Assembly (NCBI GenBank): GCA_044226015.1
Contig: JBGAHS010000007.1
Location: 96,001-160,000 of the forward strand
DNA length: 64,000 bases
From: Candidatus Obscuribacteraceae bacterium
GTDB taxonomy: Bacteria > Cyanobacteriota > Vampirovibrionia > Obscuribacterales > Obscuribacteraceae
Direction: 5' to 3'
In this document: positions 35,916 through 45,497 of the stretch, one piece after another
Numbering within the stretch: the stretch's first letter is position 1
Layout of the letters: each line of letters starts with the position of its first letter
Made by a program: the position numbers and the translations under genes
The notes under the pieces: generated by a model
Databases searched by the model: none
What the model saw: the letters and a program-made list of their open reading frames with translations, nothing else
What the model was told of the DNA's origin: nothing

Positions 35916-37976
35916 TTGTCAGACGTTCCTGCATGCATTGAAAGCGCCAAATGGATTGTGCTTGCGCCATTCATCTCGGGCTTGTTCATAATCACAGGCA
36001 GTGCCATATTCAAGGACAGAATGCCGAAGACGCTATGTATGATGGCGTCAATCGCAGCAGTCATATATGGATTCTACAACTCGCTGCTCATTTTTCAGGA
36101 GCTAAGAGTCGAGCCGATAGTCTTTTTGAAAGACTACACATGGTTTTCGTCGGAGAGTTTCAAACTGACAATTGGTGTCCTTGTCGACAACCTGACCTCG
36201 TCGATGTTGCTGGTAGTAACTGCGGTGAGCCTGTTGGTTCAGGTCTACACCCACGGGTACATGCGTGAAGACCCCGGCTACAGAAGATTCTATTCATACC
36301 TTTCCTTATTTACAGGCTCAATGCTTGGTCTCGTGGTTGCTACCAATCTCTTCCAGATGTTCTTCTTCTGGGAATTGGTAGGCGTTTGCAGTTACTTACT
36401 AATCGGCTTCTGGTGGTACAAAGACAGCGCAGCTGCGGCTTGCGTCAAAGCTTTCGTGGTCAACAGAATCGGCGACTTTGGTTTCATTCTTGGCTTGCTA
36501 GTATTCCTCGGTGCGACCTATGGCTTCTGGCACACGCACATCGATCATGCGATGCTCGCTTTCTATGACCCTGCTGTGCAGTCCGCAATGGATGGCGTGA
36601 CCCTCGCTGGGGCTATCAAATGGGCTATGGCACCTGGTCAAGGGCTGCTTACTCAGGGGCTGCTCACGACAGCTTGCATACTTCTGTTTATGGGACCAAT
36701 GGCAAAGTCTGCTCAATTCCCTCTGCACGTCTGGTTGCCAGATGCGATGGAAGGTCCTACACCAATTTCGGCGCTCATCCATGCTGCGACCATGGTTGCA
36801 GCTGGTGTTTACATGGTCGCCAGAGCTTACCCGATGTGGCTCGACTGGACTCCAGTTGCTCAGGGTGTCGCAACTGACCCCTCACTTGCTAGCACCGGTT
36901 TGGCAGTCGTTGCTTGGATCGGTGGATTCACCGCGTTCATGGCTGCGACAATCGCACTTACTCAGAATGACATCAAGCGCGCTCTTGCTTGGTCAACTGT
37001 ATCTCAGCTGGGTTACATGTTCGTCGGATTGGGTGTTGGCGCATATTCATCAGGTATGTTCCATCTCACAACACACGCATTCTTTAAAGCAATGCTCTTC
37101 CTTTGCAGTGGTGCTGTAATTCACGCATTGCATGGTGAGCAAGACATGCGCAACATGGGCGGGTTGATGAAGAAGATTCCGATCACAGGCGCTTGCTTTG
37201 TGATTGGTACGCTCGCAATTTCCGGTTGCCCTGGACTGGCAGGTTTCTTCTCTAAAGACGAAATCATCGGCTCCGCATTCCACTGGCAGGGTCCTGCTCA
37301 TGACATTCTTGCATGGCTGACCGTCCTCACAGCCGGCATGACAGCGTTCTACATGTTCCGCATGGTGTTCCTCACATTCTTTGGTGAGTACCGTGGTCAT
37401 GCTCATGTGCATGAAGAGAAGAAGCCAGACCCAATGACCTGGCCTTTGATTGTGCTTGCACTTCCATCAATCGCTGCAGGCTGGGTGATGGGCGATGGTA
37501 TGGCGATGATCAATCACCTCAGTGGTGGCGAGTATACAACTCCGTTCGCTCAGTTCTTGCACTTCCTCCATCCGCATGCTGAGGAAATCAACATGGTTGC
37601 AATGGGTTCTGGAACTGCGCTAGCAGTTGTCGGTGTCATCCTCGCTTACATGCTGTACGGTGGCAACAAAGGCTACGAAGCAGATAAGGCTTTCGAAAAA
37701 GCATTGCCAGGAGTTTATAACTTCTCACTGAACCGCTGGTATATGGACAATGTCTACCTCGGCGGTATGAGCATGTTCTTGAACGCGTTCAAGTTCATCT
37801 GGGAAATCATCGACAAATTCCTTGTCGATGGCATCGTAAACAGCTTCCGTTGGATAGTTTATGGATTGGGCAGCTTTATTCGTCTCTCCGAAAATGGCAG
37901 AGGTCAATCATATGCATTGCTCATATTCGCTAGTGTTGCAGTCCTCGGTTTGCTCGCTTATTTCGTTTTCTCTTAA
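35916..37976 (+). CDS. ndhF: NADH-quinone oxidoreductase subunit L (NdhF/NuoL)
   Basis: WELVGVCSYLLIGFW, NRIGDFG, KSAQFPLHVWLPDAMEGPTP, STVSQLG, THAFFKAMLFL; TTG start. Confidence 0.96.
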   Translation: MSDVPACIESAKWIVLAPFISGLFIITGSAIFKDRMPKTLCMMASIAAVIYGFYNSLLIFQELRVEPIVFLKDYTWFSSESFKLTIGVLVDNLTSSMLLVVTAVSLLVQVYTHGYMREDPGYRRFYSYLSLFTGSMLGLVVATNLFQMFFFWELVGVCSYLLIGFWWYKDSAAAACVKAFVVNRIGDFGFILGLLVFLGATYGFWHTHIDHAMLAFYDPAVQSAMDGVTLAGAIKWAMAPGQGLLTQGLLTTACILLFMGPMAKSAQFPLHVWLPDAMEGPTPISALIHAATMVAAGVYMVARAYPMWLDWTPVAQGVATDPSLASTGLAVVAWIGGFTAFMAATIALTQNDIKRALAWSTVSQLGYMFVGLGVGAYSSGMFHLTTHAFFKAMLFLCSGAVIHALHGEQDMRNMGGLMKKIPITGACFVIGTLAISGCPGLAGFFSKDEIIGSAFHWQGPAHDILAWLTVLTAGMTAFYMFRMVFLTFFGEYRGHAHVHEEKKPDPMTWPLIVLALPSIAAGWVMGDGMAMINHLSGGEYTTPFAQFLHFLHPHAEEINMVAMGSGTALAVVGVILAYMLYGGNKGYEADKAFEKALPGVYNFSLNRWYMDNVYLGGMSMFLNAFKFIWEIIDKFLVDGIVNSFRWIVYGLGSFIRLSENGRGQSYALLIFASVAVLGLLAYFVFS

Positions 37977-37991
37977 GTAGGAGTTGCAAAA

Positions 37992-38456
37992 ATGTCTGGT
38001 GATGATCATGGACATGGGCATGGGCACGATTCTCATGATGGACCAAGCGACATAATTCCAGTTGATAGCTGGCAAGACAAAATGCTTGCTCTCGTCGCTA
38101 TATTTGCGCTTTGCGGATTTATCTGGTGGGGAACTGGCATCGCTGGTGGTATCACGGTAGCTCATTCTGAGCATCATGGCAGCGCTGGAGCAGAGCATGG
38201 CGCAAGTGCTGAACACGGTGCTAGCGGCGAACATGCTGCCACTTCTGAGCATGCTGGAACTGAAGCAGCTGCAGGGGAACATGCTGCTACTGAAACAGCG
38301 GCTCCGGTCTCTACCGAAACTAACACAGCGGCTTCCACTGATGAACATGCTGGCGCTACAGAAACCGGTACATCTGCGACTACGACAGAACATTCCGCAG
38401 CTGAAGATTCAAGCTCAACCGCTACAGAAACAAAGACCGAGTCAGAGTCTCACTAG
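37992..38456 (+). CDS. His-rich single-pass membrane protein
   Basis: AGGAG RBS; HGHGHGHDSH N-terminus; one TM helix; EH-containing repeats; 15 bp after ndhF. Confidence 0.8.
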   Translation: MSGDDHGHGHGHDSHDGPSDIIPVDSWQDKMLALVAIFALCGFIWWGTGIAGGITVAHSEHHGSAGAEHGASAEHGASGEHAATSEHAGTEAAAGEHAATETAAPVSTETNTAASTDEHAGATETGTSATTTEHSAAEDSSSTATETKTESESH

Positions 38457-38480
38457 GTTGTTATTCTCGCTAGGTATACG

Positions 38481-41264
38481 TTACCAATCTCCTAGTTTGA
38501 ATTCTTTGGAGAGCGCTTCGGCTTCTTCTTTTCTGCCCAGGCGCTTGTAACAGGACATTGCTTTTTGCGCAATTTTCTGTGCCTTGAAATCGTCTTCTAG
38601 TTTGCGGGCTGATTCAAGTCCTTCTTTGTAGTAGCTGAGAGCTTGCTCTGGTCGTTTAACACCATCCATCATTTCGCCTGCACCCTCAAGCATGTTTGAG
38701 CGCCAGTCATTTTTTTTCTCGTCAGGACGGGGGTCGGCGGCAATCATTCCTTTGATGTCTTTGACCCAATCTTCGACCAGTGGTGCAAGCTTGTCTGCGT
38801 TCTTTTCTTCACTGTAGTGATACTTCAGTGCATTCAATAAATCGCTTCTAGTGCTCTTTAAACCAACCGGAGCGCCTTTCGCCTTTAGTTCGTTGTAGGT
38901 ATTTTCTAAATCGCTGTACAGTGATTTGCTCAGGTCTGTTTTTCCAAAGTCTTTGCTGATTTGAGCCATTGCAATCTTTGCTTTAGCCGCAACGCTAGTG
39001 TCTCCGTGCGACAATGCTTCTGCTTCTTTGATCGCTGAAAGTGTTTTATCAATTAGTGCTTCTGCTGCTTGTTCATTGCCAGATTTGTGTAGTGTCTCTG
39101 CCACATCTCTAGTAATATCAATGGACTTTTGATCAGAAACGCCGCTCTCCTTTTGTTTTGCAACAGCAGTAGCAGCTAGTAAGTTGACTGTGCGCTCAAG
39201 TGCTTTGCTGTCACCGGCTTCTTTGAAGGCTTTAAGAACATTGTCAGCTGAGACCATTGCCTCTCGCTGCTTCTGAAAATCAGAACTCTTGCTTCCTAGT
39301 TCTTTCAATGCCGTGCCTAGCTTCTGCTCAAGCATCATATTTGCCTCACTGATTCTGTTTTCCATGCCAGCAGCCTTGAAGTCTTTGGCAAGTGTCGAGT
39401 ACAAAGCAGTAGAGTCCTTCAAATTCATGCCGGGAAGAGACTTAGAGAGTTGCGCTCCAATCTTTTCCAATAGCTCTTTCGACTCGTTGTTTCTGTCCCA
39501 TGTTTTGAAGTATTCATTCAACTTCATCTGCTGTTGTAGGACTTTCGCCGGGTTGGCATCGGTATCGGCTTCTAGCTCATTGACGAATTTCTTGTATGAA
39601 TCGATATATTCTTTGGCGTTCTTTTCGCGATCAATTTTCTCAGTGTTTGCTGCTTGATCATTTGCCTTTTTAGTTGATTCATCTTCGCCTTTGACAGCCT
39701 TGAAGATGTCCTTCAGATCAACTGCTGGCTTGCTTCCCTTTTCTCCCGTGTGGTCGACATTATTTCCCCACTGGTTTTCTAAAACTGTTTTATTGGATTT
39801 TGAATCAAAGTCGAAAACTGCGACTGCGTGGTGCCCATGAATATCTTCTGGTTCGCGCCCACCGTTTTCTGATTTTTTCTTGGTATAGAATGCATCTTTG
39901 AGGTCGGTCTTGAAGGGCTCTACGTTTGTGTGCACACCCAACACTATAGCCGGCAAGACACCATTATTGTCTTTGCGAGCCTTCTCGATGAAGTCTTTCA
40001 ATTCCTCTTCAGATTTTGGCTTGAAAACAGGGTCGCTGCCACCAGCACTGATGACTTTTAGATTGCCTTTGTTTCCTTGCAATTGGTTATACATATCATT
40101 GATGTTAGCCATATCCAAGATTCGAGGACCTGAAACCGGACGGCTTTCAGACGAACCCGCATATACGTTCGGGTCTACTTTTAAGCCAGGATCATTCGTT
40201 GCTACCTGCTCAGTTATTGGCTGCGGGTGCTCCTGGGAATAGTCCATCAAGCGTGTGCGATCATCCGAGAGGTTATCGCGCACGTGTCCCTCTTCGTATT
40301 TGATTTTTCCAACAAGTTTATTGTTGTCGCCATCGAGTCCGGCCTGGCGCTGCCAGAAAACATTTAGCAAACCAATTTGCGCTAGTTGATCGACGGAGTT
40401 GCGCGAGTAAAGAGACTCTTCAGTGTGGTATTTGTCTGGCTTGAGATTCTTCTCGTTAGGCTTGATCAGCGTTCCATCAACTGTTTTGTATTCACCCGTC
40501 AGAGCAAGGTCTCTAACAAGACCACCAACTGTTGCCGGTTCAGCCTTAAACAAAGCCGACTGCAATGCCGCCGCGGTGCAAGTACCATACGAACCCTGGT
40601 TGACACTGCCCGGCTTTGCCGCTTCCTTCATCATGTCTGAGGCAATTGTCTGTAGGTACGCGCTGTCGAAATTTTTGTTGCCGCTTTTGCTCGCGTCAAG
40701 AACATCACGAACCTGTCCATAGAATTTTTCTTTCTGATCTTGTGGCAGCTTATCCTTCTCGGCTCTGGATTCGAATGCTTCTACATGTTTGAGAAACTCT
40801 GTGCGTTGTGCGTCATCCTTCAGGTGCATTGCTGCACTCTCTGCCAAGCCCTCGCGACTTATTCGACCGGCTTGACCCGCGTCATGTGCGACATCGTTTC
40901 TACCATCTTTTGTATCAGCTTTGCTTTCCGGTCCGCTGGCATCTGACTTTGAACCTTCTTTGACGTTGCCGCTTGCTTCGCTTTTTGCTGTATCGGTTTT
41001 TGCATCCTTCTTAGCGCCTTCTCCGGTTTTGCCACTCTTTTCTTCACTGGTTGGAGAAAAGTCTATTACTCCAGCTGCGAGATCCACCGCAGCCTTTGAA
41101 AATGACTTTCCGAGATCTGTGTTACTCAGGTTCTGAGCTATTTGACTGAAAATTTTACTGTCAAACTTCAATAGGTCTTCGGCGGAAAAGCCTTTAGCCG
41201 CATCGTTGGGCTCGTTGTCCACATCAGCGTCGACCGGCTTTTTCTTCTCTTCTGCTTGTTCCAC
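38481..41264 (-). CDS. Large protein with papain/calpain-like cysteine protease motifs and C-terminal TPR-like helices
   Basis: NQGSYGTCTAAAL (Gln/Cys), GHHAV (His), LENQWG (Asn); GGGAGG RBS before GTG; no signal peptide. Confidence 0.75.
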   Translation of the reverse strand: MEQAEEKKKPVDADVDNEPNDAAKGFSAEDLLKFDSKIFSQIAQNLSNTDLGKSFSKAAVDLAAGVIDFSPTSEEKSGKTGEGAKKDAKTDTAKSEASGNVKEGSKSDASGPESKADTKDGRNDVAHDAGQAGRISREGLAESAAMHLKDDAQRTEFLKHVEAFESRAEKDKLPQDQKEKFYGQVRDVLDASKSGNKNFDSAYLQTIASDMMKEAAKPGSVNQGSYGTCTAAALQSALFKAEPATVGGLVRDLALTGEYKTVDGTLIKPNEKNLKPDKYHTEESLYSRNSVDQLAQIGLLNVFWQRQAGLDGDNNKLVGKIKYEEGHVRDNLSDDRTRLMDYSQEHPQPITEQVATNDPGLKVDPNVYAGSSESRPVSGPRILDMANINDMYNQLQGNKGNLKVISAGGSDPVFKPKSEEELKDFIEKARKDNNGVLPAIVLGVHTNVEPFKTDLKDAFYTKKKSENGGREPEDIHGHHAVAVFDFDSKSNKTVLENQWGNNVDHTGEKGSKPAVDLKDIFKAVKGEDESTKKANDQAANTEKIDREKNAKEYIDSYKKFVNELEADTDANPAKVLQQQMKLNEYFKTWDRNNESKELLEKIGAQLSKSLPGMNLKDSTALYSTLAKDFKAAGMENRISEANMMLEQKLGTALKELGSKSSDFQKQREAMVSADNVLKAFKEAGDSKALERTVNLLAATAVAKQKESGVSDQKSIDITRDVAETLHKSGNEQAAEALIDKTLSAIKEAEALSHGDTSVAAKAKIAMAQISKDFGKTDLSKSLYSDLENTYNELKAKGAPVGLKSTRSDLLNALKYHYSEEKNADKLAPLVEDWVKDIKGMIAADPRPDEKKNDWRSNMLEGAGEMMDGVKRPEQALSYYKEGLESARKLEDDFKAQKIAQKAMSCYKRLGRKEEAEALSKEFKLGDW

Positions 41265-41611
41265 AGCCGCAAACCTCCCGCGTCTACTGAATCAGGCATA
41301 TTGAAGAACGCCCGATTGTCTGCTTATGATATTGGGGCGGTTTGACATTTTAGTGACTTTCGCCCCCACCCCATTAATAATGAAGGCTTCTCGCTGAGCG
41401 AAGTGACATCGACGCAAGAACCGAGAAGCCTTGCGGTCTCTCGGTTGCGGGGTGTCCTTTTTCTAAATGTCCGCAGTTTTGGTGTTGCACCAATGAGCTC
41501 GATCCCTCAAGCCCCCCACTGGGGTTGCTGCGTTATTCATTTGTACTTACATAACTCTAGACTTCTAGAAATTAGGCAAGTTCCCAATGAAAGATAAAAT
41601 CGCTGGCACGC

Positions 41612-44600
41612 TTACTCCGTCACGCTGGCTTTGCTGAAATTCTGCTTTGTCACAATCGGACCCAACACGCTGTCTACGACTTCCCTGTCGATTTCGGTGT
41701 CGCTCACAATCGTGATAAGGTTCTCTGGCTTAACCTTTGCGGACATTTTGCCGTAGAACTCAACAATGTCTTGCCATACCGGAAGTGTTATCTTCTGGCG
41801 AGAATGAAACTCGACAATGCGCTTGCCGTCCATGTAATGTTCGTTGCAATTGCCAATGTTCAGGTCGGCTATGAGCCATGCAATATAAGGGTCGTTATAG
41901 TGCTCTTCTGCCAGGCTTACCAGCGTCTCTCCGGGCGAGATCAGCCAGCTTGGGCGCAACAGAACTTGCGCTTTATTCTCTTCGTCCTGCGCTTCATCTC
42001 GGTAACGACGCTCACCAGATCCCTGCTTCTTCGCTGCCAGTGCATCTCTAAACGACTGGAATGGGTCATCCATAACGATGAAATCTTGCGAACCGAGAAG
42101 TGGACGCAAAGCCTCACCCATCGCATGCTTTTGTGTTTGGAACAGTCTGTCCAGCTTGCTTTCTGTGGGCATGGCGAAATTGCCGGCGCTCATTGCCTCT
42201 GCAGCAAGTGGCATCAATCGCGGTTGCGGCAACCCAAAGCTAACCTGTATGGGCTGTGAAACCTGACGTGTCTGCTCTTGCTTCGTTTCTTTGACCGGTC
42301 GTTGCTGTAGATCTGTTTTGGTTTCTCTGAATGCCTTCAAGATTTCCAAACGTCCGGAGCTGCTAAGCTGAACTTTTCGACCATCTCTTAGAGTTTCCAG
42401 TTGCAACTTGTTTTTCAGGTCAGTCAAATTCATTTGCTTATCGCTAAGCTTGAAGTTCGTTGCCGAGAATTTCAAACCGCCAGATGCGACTGGGTCTTTC
42501 AGCCTGTTCAGCTCTCGTTCGATTAGCTTTCTTGTTTCGTTATTGGCACCAGAATTGCCACCACTTGACGATTTGTCGGTTGGAAGCACGCGTCGAATTC
42601 CACCAGCAGCGAGCACCACTGCTAGTGTCACTTCGGCGATCATGTAACGACCTTCCGGAGTATGTCGCGTCTGCGAGGCGAGCGCTATGGCAGTCGCTTC
42701 ATTGGATGCTGTGCGAGTTCCGATGTCCACCAGGCGTACCGTTCGACCGGTGATTGGGTCTACTCTCAGCCCGTCTGACGAGCTGCTGCTCGTTCTGTTA
42801 TCTATAGGTCTGACAGCGGGCTCGAAGTTCCCCTTCGTGCCATTTTGAGCGACCACATTCTCATTTCTTCCGCCCTGAGACAGCGTGCCAGCCTGGTTGA
42901 TCTGAGAGCGAGCAGATTCGTTCTGCCGACCGCTCGACGATTGGTTCAACGCGCCGGCTAAAATCGCAGCAGTGTTTACTTTCGCTACTTCTGTTAGAAC
43001 GCTGCTCTTGCCGTTATCTTGTGCGGTTCTCGACTCCGTAGTCTTCGCTGTAGCCGTTGGGTCAAGCTTCGCTGTTGTTATTTCCGAGCGGAATATCTGT
43101 CCGTCGATTTTTGAAACGGTCATGGATACTGACGATAATTCTTTTGCATTCAATGGCTGCGGAATCATCTTGCTGACTGCTTCTGCAGGCACTTTGCTGC
43201 TCGCTTCTATTAGTGATTTCGCCATAGGTGTATTGGCATCTAGCGTCTTCAGTGCAGAAATCGCATTGCGTTCAAGGTTCACGATGAGCGAATTTTGCCC
43301 TGCTTTTGTTTGTACTTCGGCAAGCTTTGTTTCATTAGCCTTCGTCGCGCTATTTAGTGAGGACGCCGCTTCAGAGTACCGTCTTCCTTCAGCGTCTTTG
43401 CGTTCTCTCTCTATTCGGGCTTGTTCAGGGCTGTCGGTGCTTCTTTGCTCTTTAGGGGCTGTCTGCGCTTGCGAGTTTTCACGTTCAGTGGAAACTTGTG
43501 CCACTTTTGAATTCATCTTAAGTTCTTGTGAGCTGTCAGCTCCAGTACGGTCGGCAGCGTGAGTTACAGCTCCAGCACTTGCATTGAGAGTATTGTCTCT
43601 GGCGTTTGACCCATTCTGTTCTGTCACCATATGTGGTGCAGGACTCGTCTCGTTCGCTTGTACGATGCTTGGAGTTTCCGTGTAGGAAACGCGAGACACT
43701 TCAGTCATGCTTGGACTCAAAGCTTGTTTCTGGTCTGTAGTAGCTTTTTCGCCTGCTACGAAAGCTTTATCCAAGAGAGTTTCCGTGCGCGGCGCCGCCG
43801 TCACGCCGTCCATTAACTTGGAAGCCAGTGTGTTATCGACACGGTTTGGCTCGCTGATCGCCAACTTGTTTTCGCCTGCTGGCGTTGCAGGGGGCAATTC
43901 AGTTTTTGCTATGAGGTCGCTCTTCTGCTCAAGTGCTGAAGGTGCTTTGGTTGCTTCTTGTTTCGTGGACTCGCTTGCTTGAAGGGCTCTGATGTCGGCA
44001 ATGGTTTTGTTGCCATTTTCCAACTTGATGTCGGCTAGTTTGGGTGACTCAGCTGCGCCTGCTCCCTTAGCCTCAGCTCGAGCTGCATCCGTGCTGGGGG
44101 ATGGTTTCGTTTCTGCCTTCACGCCCTCTTGCGGCGCCGGCTTCGCCTCTGATGCTTGTTCGGGCGATTTTGCTGGCTTCGACTCAGCCACAAGCTCTGC
44201 TGATTTTGCTGGCTTCGGTTCCGCCAGAGACTTGCCTGCGTCAGAGTACCACTGCTTGATTTTCGATGGATCTTTAAGCGCTGCATCAACCGAGTCCGCG
44301 ATGTAACTGCCTGCGATTGCTCTCGTGGTTTCAACTGTCAGTTTTCTGGTTTGCTCGTAATCAGCGACTTTTGCTGCAGATTCAGAGTGGTACACCTCAC
44401 TCACGCCTCTGTCGGCGTCTGCGACGGTGACTCTGCCCTCTCTGACGGAGACGGTGCCGTTCAGTACCCGGCCTTCCTGGTCATTCGGCGTGGTCACGAG
44501 ATATTGGTCTTTGCCGTCAGAAGAGCCGATGTAGCGATAGCTGCGACCTTCTGACTCCAAGTGGTCTACTTTGCCGTCTTCGGTAAGCTTCAAATTAGAG

Positions 44601-45175
44601 TACTTCGTCGCTGACGCTTCAAACTCATGCGTTTTGCCAGTCGCGAAGTCTTGAACGACAACTTTGCCGTCCTTGACTGCTACGTGCCCATCAAAGTTTT
44701 CGGTGGATTCTTCGGAGTCACCTTTGACTCTAACGAACTTGTCGGTGCCGTTCTCGCCGGTGCCATCTTTCCTGAATTTGCCTAACGGGGTGCTGACTTC
44801 CTCAATAGACCCATCTTTGACTTCCAGGTTTTTGAAGCCGCCTTTATCGACTTTAGAGACTGCGTTTGAGACTGTGGCGATCGGGTTGCTGGCGAAGGTC
44901 GCTACTGAGACCAGTGCGTCGCCGAGCATCGACAGAGATTTTGCTGTCGCTGCCCCAGCCTGCTTGTCTGAAGAAGATTTGTAATCGTCGACGATGCCCG
45001 CGAGAAAGTTTTCGACACCGCTTGGAGTGTCGGATTTCTTGGAGTCTGAAGGAGAGTCCTTCTTGCCTGTTTTCTCTCCAAGCGAGTCTTCCCAGGCGCT
45101 GGTTTGAGCCTCTAAGTCGAAATCGAACTCTTCGAAAGAGTTCGTCTCTTTGCTGTCGCTGTTTTTCTCTACCAT
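41612..45175 (-). CDS. Large low-complexity protein with C-terminal LysM/tail-X-like domain
   Basis: WLISPGETLVSLAEEHYNDPYIAWLIADLN; two 78-aa N-terminal repeats; long S/A/E/K-rich spacer. Confidence 0.75.
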   Translation of the reverse strand: MVEKNSDSKETNSFEEFDFDLEAQTSAWEDSLGEKTGKKDSPSDSKKSDTPSGVENFLAGIVDDYKSSSDKQAGAATAKSLSMLGDALVSVATFASNPIATVSNAVSKVDKGGFKNLEVKDGSIEEVSTPLGKFRKDGTGENGTDKFVRVKGDSEESTENFDGHVAVKDGKVVVQDFATGKTHEFEASATKYSNLKLTEDGKVDHLESEGRSYRYIGSSDGKDQYLVTTPNDQEGRVLNGTVSVREGRVTVADADRGVSEVYHSESAAKVADYEQTRKLTVETTRAIAGSYIADSVDAALKDPSKIKQWYSDAGKSLAEPKPAKSAELVAESKPAKSPEQASEAKPAPQEGVKAETKPSPSTDAARAEAKGAGAAESPKLADIKLENGNKTIADIRALQASESTKQEATKAPSALEQKSDLIAKTELPPATPAGENKLAISEPNRVDNTLASKLMDGVTAAPRTETLLDKAFVAGEKATTDQKQALSPSMTEVSRVSYTETPSIVQANETSPAPHMVTEQNGSNARDNTLNASAGAVTHAADRTGADSSQELKMNSKVAQVSTERENSQAQTAPKEQRSTDSPEQARIERERKDAEGRRYSEAASSLNSATKANETKLAEVQTKAGQNSLIVNLERNAISALKTLDANTPMAKSLIEASSKVPAEAVSKMIPQPLNAKELSSVSMTVSKIDGQIFRSEITTAKLDPTATAKTTESRTAQDNGKSSVLTEVAKVNTAAILAGALNQSSSGRQNESARSQINQAGTLSQGGRNENVVAQNGTKGNFEPAVRPIDNRTSSSSSDGLRVDPITGRTVRLVDIGTRTASNEATAIALASQTRHTPEGRYMIAEVTLAVVLAAGGIRRVLPTDKSSSGGNSGANNETRKLIERELNRLKDPVASGGLKFSATNFKLSDKQMNLTDLKNKLQLETLRDGRKVQLSSSGRLEILKAFRETKTDLQQRPVKETKQEQTRQVSQPIQVSFGLPQPRLMPLAAEAMSAGNFAMPTESKLDRLFQTQKHAMGEALRPLLGSQDFIVMDDPFQSFRDALAAKKQGSGERRYRDEAQDEENKAQVLLRPSWLISPGETLVSLAEEHYNDPYIAWLIADLNIGNCNEHYMDGKRIVEFHSRQKITLPVWQDIVEFYGKMSAKVKPENLITIVSDTEIDREVVDSVLGPIVTKQNFSKASVTE

Positions 45176-45497
45176 CGGTCTCGACCGTCCCAGTTGCCTG
45201 AACGCCCTATGTCAAGACCAGCCCGAATTGATAATACACCTGCCCGCGGGGTTTTGGACAGCAATTTAATCTAGCCAGCGATTTGTTGCCGATCTTGTTA
45301 CTAAATTATTCCCAATATCAACGTCCATCAAGCGGTTTACGGAATTTTCTCTGTACGGCAACCCGGTGTGTTTGGAAGCTTAAATCACAAAATTAATGTG
45401 GATTCGGCACCGAGATTTCTGTAGTCCATTTTACTTTTCTTCGAAGTGGTGAGAAACCGTATATCTCTAATTGCAATTCAGCGGTTATAGTTGAAGA

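Noticed and set aside
33801..37976. CO2-uptake NDH module (NdhD3/F3 or D4/F4) or Mrp antiporter
   Set aside because: No cupA/cupB or other mrp subunits are adjacent; motifs match NuoM/NdhD1 and NuoL/NdhF1 types.
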